Source: Acanthaster planci (Eukaryota). Taken from it: a stretch of 64,000 bases of DNA. The position numbers were made by a program, and so were the translations under genes. The stretch lies in assembly GCF_001949145.1 (NCBI RefSeq), contig NW_019091358.1, positions 1,622,240-1,686,239 on the forward strand, written 5' to 3'. This document shows positions 26,201-39,080 of the stretch, in pieces. Below the pieces are notes generated by a model. It had not been told where the DNA came from. It saw nothing but the letters and a program-made list of their open reading frames with translations, and made no database searches. Position 1 is the stretch's first letter. Each line of letters begins with the position of its first letter.

Positions 26201-28188
26201 TGGTGTACTATTTACGACAAACATTTTTCTCTCTCTCTAGCCTCCCTCCAGGCGATGCAACCAGACGACGCGACGGCACGACGGCTTCCTTGCGTCGTGC
26301 CGTCGGGTGGAACCGTCGCCTCCTTGCCATTTCGTTTGCACACACACGATGCGTCGCGTCGTGCGTAGCGTCGTGCCGTCGCCCGTCGCGTCGTACCGTC
26401 GCCCGTCGCGTCGTGCTGTCTTAGGTCCTTTCCTTGTTGCATTTTTTTCTGCCTAAACGTCGCCCTTCCGTCGCCCGTTGCGTTGTGCTGTCGTGTGTCG
26501 CGTCGTGTCGTGCATCGTGTCGCCTGAAGCACGACACGACACGACGCACGAGGCGACGCGTCGTGTGCTGTCGCCCGTTACTTCATGGTGTTTATAAAGG
26601 GCGCCTTTACTGTTGTCTTTCATTTCCGTCCACTTTCTTGCAAAGTACATGCAATTCGCTCTTTGTTGTTGATTGATCATTGTTTTTATCTCATCAATTC
26701 ATTAATAGGGATTAATTTTAGTCATATGTTATTGAAAACACGATAAAAGAGCAAAAGAAAATACGAATAAATAGGAACTGCTCTTTCAAAATAAGTGGAA
26801 ACCACAAGCTCAGAATTCGCCACTCCTTAATTTCCCAGCCAATGATTTATTTTGTTTTCTCTCATTTCCGTCCAACGCACTTGCAAAATACATGCCCTGA
26901 GCCGCAGGCGTGATTTTTTTCGGGGGGGGGGTTTCATCCGTTCATCAAAACGAATTAGTTTTGTCATATTTCATCAAAAAAAAATGAAAACGAGCAAAAA
27001 GAAAATCTGCGTATGTAGGTGCCCTCACATGTGTCAGCCCAGAATTCGTCACTTTTTAATTTACCCGGCTGATCCTTGTTCGAATGTCCGTCCACTTTCT
27101 TTTTAAGACCGTTGATGAAGTTCCTATTTGTGGTAGATAAATGTTTCTCTGTGGTCCATGCCAGCAGTTTCCAAGTAGTTCTCCCACTCCTCCAGACAAT
27201 TTGTCTACAATTGTACGACTGCAAGTTTGACCACGGGCTTAGGTAGTTACCGTCCAGCCTGCACTATATTATTACCCTCAGAATATTCAGTCTTCCATCA
27301 GTTTAGTCTTTCTCGTGAACTTCATCAGCACCACACTTTCAATGATATTAGTCTGCCGGCGTGTTTCTTAATAAAACACTGCAGATCCTACTACCGTTGT
27401 GACTTTTCTGCCTCCCTGTTTGACCTCGTGTTTAATTTCTCATCAGATCCGCATGTTACGTTTTTGCAAGCACGTAATAACGATTGATGTATTGTATCTT
27501 AGAATGGATGTACAATAATTATTGGAAAAATCACAATTAGATCAGGAAAAGCTAAAACGTTGTGGTTGACGTTAATGTTATATATTTCCTGAAGACAATG
27601 CTGATTAGTCGCCAAGCTCTTTCTGATTACATTTGATTTAAAAAAAAAAGGAAGAGAGTTTACTTCAACAACTCACTCTTAATGAAAACACAAAGTTAGA
27701 AAGAATCCACTAAAAAGAACAACAGAATCAAGGCCTGGTACCTATGGCATGTACTGTACGAGCACGGGCCGGGGGAAGGAGATGAGGAAAACAGTAAAGG
27801 CGCCCTCTATAAACATCATGAAGCAAAGCGCGACAGCACACGACGCGTCGCGTCGTGTCGTGCGTCGCGTCGTGCTTCAGGCAACGTAATAGGCGACGTG
27901 ATGCACGACACGATGTACGACGCGACGCACGACGGTACGATGCGACGGGCGACACACGATGCAACGTTTAGGCCGGAAAAAATGAAACATGGAAAATACC
28001 TGAGACAGCACGACGCAACGGGCGACAGCACGACGCGACGCGTCGTGTGTGTACAAACGTACTGGCAAGAAGGCGACGGTGCGACCCGACGGCACGACGC
28101 AAGGGAGCCGTCGTGCCGTCGCGTCGTCTGGTTGCGTCGCCTGGAGGGAGGCAAGAGAGAGAAAAAGTTTGTCGTAAATAGTACACCA
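26201..28188. mobile_element. Foldback-like non-autonomous DNA transposon with ~410-420 bp terminal inverted repeats and TA flanks
   Basis: TA|TGGTGTACTATTTACGACAAAC... at 26201 and ...GTTTGTCGTAAATAGTACACCA|TA at 28188. Arms at ~26201-26620 and ~27782-28188 are built from CGTCG/CGACG subrepeats. No transposase ORF in the ~1.15 kb interior. Confidence 0.88.
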
Positions 28189-28289
28189 TAGAAAAGACAA
28201 TGAATGAGTCTTATTTGGCACGTTGAAAACGCGTAAACAACAAACTAAAATTTGTTTTAAATTTCATTTCTAATGCAAATGCCACATTA

Positions 28290-28725
28290 GGGCCGATTCA
28301 TAATAAAGAGGAATGTGAAAGCAAAGCGAATTTGACGTCATGAAAGATTTGCCGGGAAATTTCCCTTGAACTGAAATGCGTTCAACTTTTGCGAACTCGT
28401 AGCGCGAATATCTGATCTGAGGTCACAAATTCGTGTTCGGTTGTGCATGAATAATGAACTGACACATACATGTAGTTCGAAGTAGGCTGGTTACAACGAT
28501 ATCTATAAACCACAAATGTACGGGAGGTACCATTGGCTCCTGGCCGGTTCATACTTTCACGTGAATGCAAAAACAAACGTGAATTTTTGAGGGCAGATCA
28601 AATATTCGTGCTGCGAATTTACAAAAGTTGAACATAAAATTTCAACTCGAGCAAAATTTCGCTGCAAATCTTCTTGACGTCATATTCGCTTCGCTTTTAC
28701 GTTCGCCTGTATTATGAATCGGCCT
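28290..28725. mobile_element. Palindromic MITE with TTA target-site duplication (PIF/Harbinger-like)
   Basis: TTA|GGGCCGATTCATAATA ... TATTATGAATCGGCCT|TTA. Imperfect inverted symmetry continues for ~170 bp per arm, and each arm contains TGACGTCA. Confidence 0.85.
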
Positions 28726-29944
28726 TTAAATAAAGTATGACATCAAGTCTATAGGAGCTGCAGTATGCCATGCGTCTGCTATTATTTTTGAACAGTCAGC
28801 GTAATACCAAGTGTGCAAAAGATGAAATCATTGCACGACGTGTCTTACATTACTAAAGGAAAATGGAATTTCTGTTCTAAAAGTGCATCGATAGACTAAG
28901 GTATTCTCGTTTTCACATCATGAATTTTTCTTTTTAAAATGTAAACCAAGAAACGACCTGATCATTTTTTTTTCATTTTTTCTATTTAAATCGAAAAATG
29001 AGAAACAACTCTTTTTTGAATTTTTTTACACACTGAAATACGCAGAAAAAACTTTTCCGTTTTCATTTTCATATCAAAAACCGAATGAACAAAACGTGAA
29101 TGACCCTCCGAAAGAAATTGCTTTCGTGTTTGGTTTTGGAACATGCAAAGCAAGAAAGGAATTGATTGGTCCACGTTCCTCGTTTTCAAATGGAAAAACG
29201 CAAAAAGATTCCCTTTCCGTTTTTAGATACAAAAATGAATGAACGAAATGTACACGGCGAGACATGCACTGGAAGTAAATGTGTCATAGCGCCCTCTTAC
29301 CCTTAAGTAGATCGTAATTTAAAAAAAAAAAACAAATGTCGATTTTATAACCGTTACACTATCACCAACTGCACGTGAGACATGGAAAGAGGGAATGAAA
29401 CCGAAATATTGAGGATCTGGGCTCCTCAGTATTGAAAAAGTTTGTTGGTGGCGACTTATACGTCAAGGGTAGAGAACTTTAATAATACTGGTGGGCTTTT
29501 ATTCAGAGAAAGGCAAAATGACTCTTAAAATCAAAGGGAACTTTATTTTTGCACCTTAATATGAAAATTGATGAATATCATAGTGTAACACAACTTTATT
29601 GCCTAACAATCATCGCAGGTGTGGATGATGGAATGATTGATCGATTGAGTCATATAAAATAATTTAACATATTGATAAATGTGAATTTTCAGTTGATTGA
29701 ATTGTGGTTATTTAGTGTTTTCTAAGCCGTTTTGGTTCAACAAAACAGGTCACTACAGTACAGAAATTGCACAGCTTTTATGCTTCATATTAACAAAATG
29801 CTTCTCATAGTAAAGGAGTTAAGAGAGATCAAGCCTTTGTTTTTGAAGTGGATATCGTTTAGACCTTAAAACTGCCCAGGAATATCCAGTCATTTGATTA
29901 TGATTAAAATTAATTGTATCTCTTTTCATATGACATACATACAG

Positions 29945-30078
29945 AACCTAATTTATGTGAGCTCAACTGCAAAGCCATTGGGTCCCGTTTTTTCGCCAAA
30001 CTGGCTGATAAAGTAGTGGATGGCACTTTATGCAGAAATTCATCTAGAAAAGAAATCTGTGTGGATGGCATGTGCAAG
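29945..30078 (+). CDS. THSD4: THSD4-like exon 6: (E)PNLCELNCKAIGSRFFAKLADKVVDGTLCRNSSRKEICVDGMCK
   Basis: Acceptor acatacag and donor gtaaaa at 30079. Phase 1 in, 0 out. CELNC...KVVDGTxC...ICVxGxCK Cys-rich signature. Confidence 0.95.
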
Positions 30079-31897
30079 GTAAAATAATTTTGAACATTGT
30101 TTTTATTAAACAGACTTAAAATACATCATTATAGTTTCATGTTCATAAATTTTTAATCTTTTTTTCTAGGTATGTTCATATTTTCAGTCAATGTGATTGA
30201 TTCATTTTTTTCAAAGTGAAAGCTACATTGCAGGAATAAAGTTTTTAGTGGTTGTGTTGTCATCATCACTGTAGTAATGAAAAGAAGGCAGTTGTGCACT
30301 TTCGACATTTCAGATAGTGATTTTAGAAAAACCTGTCTGCTGCCCTCTTGCAGAAAGTTGTGGAAACTGTAAAGACATCCTGGCCTCCAAAATAAAAAAG
30401 AACAAAATCTGTCTGCAAAATCCCATGCCATTATGATATGATATGGTTATTCAAAATATTTCTTCTCTTTATTTCAAATTTCACATCAGTCTACAAAACA
30501 AGCTTTTGATACTAAAAAAGGGTTAGTATAGCACTGAGGAACGCTAGTTTGTCTGGTTGTGAATGTGTGTGGCATATGGCAGATCACCAACAGACCTCCT
30601 GGTTGAATGTGTCAATTCCTTTCCCAATCTTTGTTGACAGAATTCATCCATGTTTATAGGCACAGTAGGGATTTGCTTACATTGCACACTGACTACGATA
30701 AACAGGTCTAGCAAGTAGTATAGGCAGTAATTTCTAGGAATGTATACAGGTATGATTACACCACAATAACGTTGACTACATGCACTTACAGTAAGTATGC
30801 AGACAGTACCAGTACTGAGTTTATCCTGTTTGTTTTTGTGTGGCTAGTAACCATGATAAAGCCATATATAACCTTTACATTTCACAGCTGCTTAACAGCC
30901 TGCCAGAATTATATAAATACTCTAACCTCTTTGGACAAGTCATCCGAGAGGTAGCGGTGACTAGACATGGCCCTTGACATCTTTATGACCTGTCAGTAGT
31001 ATTCTTGAGACCTGTCCTATTCTGATAAGACCCAACTGTGGAGGCTTGAAATTATCTTGTGGCAGCCTGTCAGTGTATCTGTCTGCCCTCAGCTGTAGAG
31101 TACAGGCTTATGGTGGAAAAGCTAGGTCTGTTTTTGAAAACCTTGAATAAAGGAGGATGATTTTGTTGGATTATGGTCTTTGAAACTGAAAAACCCTGTG
31201 CTTTCCATCTTAAGTTGTCTTGAATGTGCCTTAAAAACTGCCTGTTCCTGCGGATAAAGGATTCTTGCAATCAGCTGAGGCATGTTGGGTGATTTGGAGA
31301 CACTGTCACATTTTTGAGTGAAAACGTTTCTCATACCGTAGAAACTAGGGGAAAGATGAACTCAGTTGGCCTCACCCTCTTCTGTGTGTTGATGCATGTA
31401 CATGTATACTGTGTTACTTTAGTGTGGACATAGCCCTATTTAGCAAGGTTCTTGAAAGAGCCATGCATTAAACAAATTCAGCAGTGGCGTTTAACCCGGG
31501 TTGAGGAAGGGGGGCAATGGTCCCCTCTCTGGGAACTCTTGCCTCCCCACCCCCTTCCCCAAGGCAAGAAGAGCCTAGCTACACTACTGAGTGGAAATTT
31601 GTGGACTTCACTGTGAGTAGGGCATTGGGGGTAGGCACAGCATCGGATTTGACAACACATTGCTAAATAGATCCAAGCGGAGAGAAGCTGCAGCTGTACA
31701 CTCTAGTACCCCAATATCCTGTGTAGATTGCGAATAATATTACAGCCCTTCCCATAAGCATGAATTTATCTCAAGCTGCAGAAGGGTTGTAACTTTAAAT
31801 GGGCTTAGGATGAAATTTAGTTGGGCGTTTTCTGATACATCATTCCAACCTTTCTGTTCTACATTAAGCAGTTTTGGGGAGTTAGCATTGTTGATAA

Positions 31898-32045
31898 GGG
31901 GTCTGCTCATAAGTCCCACGCCTCAAAATTCTGACGCCTCATAAGTCCGACAAATGCATTTAAAAGTTCCAACGATTTTTTCGGCCCATAGCATAGATCC
32001 AACGCCTCAAAAAATCTGATGCCTCGAAAGTCCGACGTTTGATTT
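31898..32045. repeat. Array of ~16-bp subrepeats (AAGTCCGACGCCTC-like), probably a DNA transposon subterminal fragment
   Basis: aagtcccacgcctc, aattctgacgcctc, aagtccgac, atccaacgcctc, atctgatgcctc, aagtccgacg. Confidence 0.55.
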
Positions 32046-35000
32046 GACGCTCGTTACGAGCATTTGAAGACAGCACTAGCAACAAGCTTAAGACTGAAAG
32101 GTGTCAAGTATGGTGTACTATTTATGACACATACGAACATTTTTAAGATTTCAAAAGAATTGCAGTCGAAAAAATGCCTTTTATATTTAGGGAAGTATCA
32201 TACATCATTCTTACACGTAGTGATATTTTGGATTAAAAAAGTACTGGACCAGTGTAGGAACAGTGCCAGTAGTCTGATTGATTATATAATAGAAATAAAA
32301 TACTGAAAACTATTACAGTGTTAATGAAAATTATTCAGGGTTACTTGGTAGTATATATTGTGCACTGATGGGCTATTTTTGTTATAAAACGGTCTCTGCA
32401 AGCTAAAATATTAAATGGCATAGAAATGTGTCACAGTTGAACTGGGTGTTTACAACATACTAATGTACATGTACGAAAATCCAGTGTACTTTGATATTTC
32501 TCAGAAGCTAGGCTAACTGCCATACAACTTGGTAGCTTTCAAGTTTATTTTTTCCTCAATTTAGTACACATTTTGCCCATGCTTGATCTTCCCTTTTCAA
32601 TTAACAATAAGCACACTCCATCTCAACCACTTACCCTGGATCAGCCTGTAGAGCTCCTCTGTCCTGCAACTGGGAAATTGGAACACCTGTTCTGGCAAAT
32701 TGATGTGCCCTTTTGCATGCCCCTCTGTTGTCAGAGTTGTTTAGGCCTTGAGTTTGCAAGATGCAGTGGCCATGTGCAGACTCTTCAGTGGCATTGGGGG
32801 GGAGGGAAGTCCTCCCCCCTTTTCAGGAATTGGAAACACTAATACTTTCAAAATAAATGGTCACTACAAGTCTTGGGGTAACAAGGGGAATAGACCAGCG
32901 TGAGAGTAGACGTAGCCATGGTTCTGTAGCCTGTTTTGGACAAAGGCACAATGTTCCAACTAATCAAATTGCTCCTTTTCACCACAAACAAGTTGACAGT
33001 AAGGACAATGGAATGATCTTAATGTCTTTAGGAAGAATTCTTTGTCAAGCACATATTTGAAACAAGTTTAGACTTTTCCTCCCTCATATTCTTGCTCATT
33101 ACTGCTAAAAAAATGACACTGACAAAAGTGAAGCAGAATTAACTGATAGACATGACCCAACAGCCAGGAGATTGAAATTTTGAGAAGAGCGTGATGGGAT
33201 TATCATAAATAAAGGGCATCAAACCACTGAACAAGATCTTCCACTAGTTTCTGTTCCCCTATCTCTGTGTGCTGCTGGTTATGCGTACCAGCTCTTTCTG
33301 CTTGTTTGTGACACTATGGATGAAAACTCTTTTTGGTTCTGATAGGCCTACTGGCTATTTTGAGAGGGGATCACTTTACTGTCAGCAGCTGGTCTAATCA
33401 TGTATCCAATCTGGCCCTCCTGAATGTCAATATTGAGAAATGAAAATAAATTTTGTAAATTTGATTAGAGATAGAAGGGGTCAATTTGGTGGAAAAGTTA
33501 CTGCATTGGCAGCAGCAACGAGTTGGTCATCTGACATCAATAGCAAGGGCTGCGTGAAGTTTACCTGATCCCTCTCTCCCAGGAGTTCTCGGCATAGTTT
33601 GTCCACTCAGTGATTGCATCCCACCAAGTGTAGCTTGGGAAAGTTGGTTGGAATCAGTCAAGGGGGTCATAAAATTGCAATTACACCAGCTTACCACTTG
33701 CCAGGCACACATTAGCTGGGTAATTTGTTTTTGATACAGGATGGATTGTTGAGGCCAGGTTACCAAATATTAGCAACCATTAGCCTCTGCTGTAAAGTTT
33801 CTTCACTTTTGTGACAAGTCTCATCATATAACCTGACTTACAAGACAAACATTTCCGTCCAGGAAGTAAGAAGAATCAAGTATGAATAATTGCAATAAAA
33901 GACTTCTTCACTATTCTGGAAATTGTAGGGGCAAATTTTGAGCAAGGTCCATCCCATCCCAATGCATATTTACAATTCATGAGACTCTGTGGCATACCCA
34001 CAGAACTGTACGGTCTGGTGTCCACCTCATTCCCACGTTCGGGTAACTATGGCAGTGGTCTGTAGTTCATACCTTTTCAAAATAAATTGTAAAAGTTACG
34101 AGATGAAAAACACTGTTGGTGAAAAGGACAAAAAAGCTGCCCCACACTCGTGCCCTTTTCTCTCAAGTCTAGGTCTTGCTCACTGTAAATCCTTCACAAA
34201 TTCTCTTTTTGGAAAGCGCTGATGCATTCAGATCAGCTGCGCTTACCCTACCTGGGACTGTACAGTTAATCCATTGTGAGCCTGGTAGGGTTTTTCAGGC
34301 CAGGGTACATTTTTCCAAAAGTACCTTTAAGCTGCTATATGCAGCTGATAGGTTTTGTAGGTTTTTTTTTCTCAGTTGGGGTTCTAGGAAAAGACCGATC
34401 GTGAAGCCTGTTTGGCTCCCTGCAACATACTAGATTGACCGTGTCTTTGCATGCTTCAATGCAAAAATCTTCAAGCACTGAAAAAAATTTAGGTGATCTT
34501 AATTAGCTTTAGCAGGCTCAAAATATGATTGCCTTAAGGACAATTCCAATTGTTCATGGTGGTGAAGCGCTGAAGTCTACTTCGAGTTCAATGACCTGTA
34601 GGCTTCGGGCATCGGCTGAAAGTACTGAATAGCAGCATCAACCTTTGTCAAGAGAGTAGCATTTTCTGGTGTGTTTTCTTATACAATCAGAAATGTAGAT
34701 TTAGTGTGACAAGTAAAGAAAAGCAGATGAAGTGAATTTTGGATACTGAGGACTGTGGGAATTCAAGTATGATTGCTTGGTAATTCACAAATTTGTAGCA
34801 ATTGGTATTGCTAATGTTGTTACTGAGAGAGACTTTATAGTGGATCTGTTTCATTTACCTTCTGAAGGTTTTCTGACATATGGCCTAAGATATGTGTAAA
34901 AAAAAGAAGTTGTGAAACTCTTTGGTGTGGCTTTGTTTCATTGGCATTTTTCCTGTGCGAAAGAAAGAATTGCATTGTTTGCCTGTCAAGAATTTTACTC

Positions 35001-35307
35001 AGAAAGAAGATTCCCATTGTGTTACTCGAGGAGGTTACCCTGTCATGAACACTCGGGGAAATGTATTTATTCCTTTACTATCATACTTGGTTTTGAGCAA
35101 GGATTGTTACTAGAATCTGACAAAACCAAATTAAAAAAGCTTTTCCAGTCAATGGACTCATCTGCAAAAAGTAGGCCACAAAGGTTAAAATATGACAAAT
35201 GTAACAAAAGAGTTTTGCTTTTAAAATCTTAAATGCTGTCTTTAAAATCTAACACATATCCAGTTAGAGTAGTCTCAAAAACTCATGGACATAACATATT
35301 CCAAGCC

Positions 35308-35500
35308 TATACACTAATCCGATTAGACGCCTTAACTACGGTGGCACCGCACTCAAACACACATTCTTAAGCTTGACGCGCATGCATTTGGCAAATCACG
35401 ACACCCTATTGGTCGAAGAGGCATGTAATGCGCTGCGTACCACTTGTCCACGAGTGTTGTGCCACCGCAGTAAAGGCTTCTAATTCTGGTGGTCGAATGA
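35308..35500 (-). mobile_element. Uninterrupted copy of ~190-bp MITE-like repeat with inverted ends
   Basis: ttagacgccttaactacggtggcac is inverted against gtgccaccgcagtaaaggcttctaa. Homologous to 23904-24530. Confidence 0.75.
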
Positions 35501-38500
35501 TACTATAGATTCCACTTTACTACTTCCTCAAACAAATTTTTGGGTAATTCATCAAATTCAGATCTCACATTAGACAGGATTTCCCCTCAATTGGCCAGAC
35601 AGTGAAAGGTATCCATATACGTGCAGATGCTGCAGACCTAGCTTTGGGTGTTTTGGTTAATTTCATTGCTCAAGAAATAAAAATGCCCGGAAACATTTTG
35701 AACAAGGAGCAATGTGACACATCATTCTACATGGGATGCAGTCGCCACACTTGGGGTTAGCAATGATTTTGGACTCTAATTCCCTGCCTTTACTCTGTGT
35801 TTATAGATTATTTGTGCTGTTGATCAATTTAAATAGGTTTTTTTGAGGTGAACAATGTACCTCATGCACGGTTTAGCTTTTCACACCTGTCTGCCTACTG
35901 ATGGGGTAAGATTAGCCCTTTGATCCCCTTTGACAGCTGAACCCTCTTCTTTAGCTAAACGTGGAACCTCTCTTTCTAGAAGAGATCATTTTGGAGAGGA
36001 CGTAGCAATAATCTGCCATTTTGAACAGTAACTCCTCTTTTATTGATTTAGAGCTGATTATTGTAAAGCCATGAAGCAGTAAAAGTTTGGAAGGATTCAA
36101 TTTCACATTTGACATTAACCATTTGCTTGCAACATCCTCAAAACATTGTAACCCTCCATTGTGCGAGGCCGCACATTTTTTACACCATAACTTTGAGGTA
36201 GCATAAGAGACTTTTGCAATTAATACTTGTTGTGTTCTTGTCATTCATGCAAAATTTTCCTAAACCTATTTGTGAATTTGACGGGTCTGCAATAGAAAGT
36301 ATTCAGGGGCATGGTTCTGTTAGATTCACACACTGTCAGATTTTATCATACATAATGTCAAACTGTGATCCTTTTACGACTTGGAAAATAGTGTGCTGAG
36401 AGGTGACATTTTTGGCCACCTTGAAGGAGGCAAGATTCCTTGGGGGTTATACCTATCACATTAGATACACAGTGGTGGAGGGAAGCAGCCTCTTACAGCT
36501 CCTGAGCACAAAAGGGTCATCAGATCATGAGGGCATCCCTGGAAGTAAGTACCCTTGGCTAGATATATCCTGGTGAGTTTGCTGGAAAGAGAATTGTGGA
36601 AGGGGGTTGGGTGCTTACTTTCACTAAGTTCAAAACTGAGTCTGAAGGAGTTTTTCATTTTTCTTCACCTCCCATGTTTCAGCCAACTGCATCAGTTGGT
36701 AGGAATGTTTCAACCATTTTTCTACTTGAGAAAAATAAAATAAAAAGACGAGTACACCCCCCCTACCAAATTGAGTTACTTTCATGTTAAGCAGAATGAT
36801 ACTTGCAAATTGATCATCTTTTTTGAGGCATAGGCTTACACTGTGTTTTTCCAGAGTATTTAACTCTAAGAGGCATAAGATACACCTGTGCATCATCCCT
36901 GACTATTTTTGATTGCATAAGTTTGAATGCTATTGCCTTGAGGATATACATTTACTGGAATTTGGACAAAGAAAAAGATCTACAAAAAACAACACCTGAA
37001 ATGCAAAATCATAAAACAACAACCCCCAAAATATGAAATGACACTGAGGTCTCGTGGTACAAAAACATTGTATACATCTTATAATTAATGTGGGATACTA
37101 GTGTTTTTGTGAGACTTGACAAGGGATGTGTGCAGGGTTGTAAGTGCGTAATTCCCCAAATTGACATCTTGACTCCTCTTAGCACCCCCTTTGGCTTTTT
37201 ATACCCTCTCCACAGGGGCAATCTGCCCAGGGTGCTCTTGTTTAATTGCCTGAGTAGGATGGGTGCATCAGCACAATAGTTCTAATTTCAGCTGTGTATA
37301 GTGTGTTCATCACCTCACCAGATAGACACATTGTTTTCCCTAGCTTAGCAGTCTGATTCAAATGTCTGTTTTGGAGAGAGCACTACTCATAATTCAAGTG
37401 CGACAAAAGGCACTGATTAGATGTTGACAAGTCTGAGCATTTATACTTGTGTATGTTGGAAATCTCAAAACTGTTTTAGGTGTTTCTTATTTTGCAAATT
37501 TTCGCTACAAATTTCAACCCCGCAAAGCATGCACTTCTTTGTTATTGTGCAGAGGGGTTGAAGAGACCATTGAAGGCCTCTTATAAGCCTCTGCCCCACG
37601 CATTGAGTATGTTCTGCATATGCATGTACTGTTAGTCTGGAACTCTATGCAATGTGTCTGAAGGATAGTCAGTACCCTGCTTGCACTCCGATCCAGGGTT
37701 TCACTTTCTCTGTCATTAAATGTACTTCCTTCATAAGTCCGGAAAGGCTTCCTTCCTCTCACGAACAAGATTGATATAAAGTGCCATCTGCTTCATAGCA
37801 CACCCTTGAGCACATTATTCATGTAGTACATGATTTTATATCATTCATCATTATCAATCTCCAGAGTGAAATTGTTACTCTCTAAACGCGAGAGTGTATT
37901 ATTTTGACAATCATGGGGTTGGGCAGTATTTTAGACTTGTGTATACCAACTGTTCATATCAATTAAATTGTGATCTATGGAATTAAAACATGCTTCTGTG
38001 AAGAATGCCATCGTAGGTTGTCTTGCATTTGTTAAATTTACATGTACATGATGGAATGGTGCATGCATTTACTATACTTAGTGTGAATAAAGAAAGGATG
38101 TTACCCATTTGATGTGGAAGGCTGACGAACTTTGTTGTCACTGGATCACTGAATTTTTCTGACTAGACATGTTATAGGTATAATCAAAACTCTTAAGAGA
38201 TACATTTTACCTGTAAAAATAAGAGAAATTAACATAGGGCCTTTGCTCTTCAACCACTGCTGAAAAGACATGTTGCAGAGTGAAGGTTATTAAGGTCATT
38301 TGCTATTGAGGCTTTCCTTAGGCATTGGATATGTTGCCGTTGTTGGCAAATTTAACTTAACTGTATTTAGCCAGGCACATGCGCAGCAACTTGTTTTTTT
38401 GTACTGAAAAATTCTGACTGGTATCAGACCATTTTACAATTTCAGACTTTTCCCCTTACAAAATTCTCCAGAGTCACAAATCAGAAAAAGAAAATATCAT

Positions 38501-38585
38501 ACTCCGTAATTAAATGTTGGAGTCATTTTGCAAATAACAAAAGAAGAATATTCTTAATTTTTGGAACAAAGAAAAGGGAACAATA

Positions 38586-38660
38586 GCTGGGAATCCAACC
38601 TGGCAGGTAGTGTATCATGTGATCTCAAGATACGAGCATTATCCACTACACCATGAACCC
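38586..38660 (-). mobile_element. tRNA-derived SINE head or decayed tRNA pseudogene
   Basis: Minus strand reads gggttcaTGGTGTAGTGGataatg...ccaGGTTGGATTCCcagc: A-box and one-mismatch B-box at tRNA-like spacing. No convincing cloverleaf. Confidence 0.5.
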
Positions 38661-39080
38661 AGCCCCATCGCCAGCTTCAGCCATTAAGTGGGGCCATGTG
38701 GAGTATCAGCTTGGGGAGTCATATCAGTGGGAACAAAATATATTTTTCATGCTTATGCTTTTTACTGATGGGGGGCCAGCTTCCTGCCACTAGGGGGTCC
38801 CAGCTCCCTGGGGTGCCCCCTTGGCGATAGGTCCACATGGACCTTACTAGGAATCTTTCTGATTTAATAACCTTTGTAGTTTTACTTGTGTATGCACACC
38901 AAATATAGAGGGCGCTGTCCACTTGTAGCTGGCTAAATACTGTTTGATTAGATTTGCCAATGATGTCTTAAAATGATGATATCTTTTCATTAACATGGAA
39001 TTTTTTCAACAGCTAAACTTGGAGCCATTGAACAACACTCAGTTTATGGTTTATAAAAATGTCCATATTTAGGGCAAAAC

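Noticed and set aside
26200..28221. Cluster of overlapping 70-114 aa Arg/Asp/Ala/Thr-rich ORFs
   Set aside because: They are by-products of stop-poor CGACG subrepeats in the transposon arms, mirrored on both strands.
38586..38660. Functional tRNA gene
   Set aside because: The B-box is mutated and the acceptor and anticodon stems do not pair convincingly. Kept only as a SINE-like relic.
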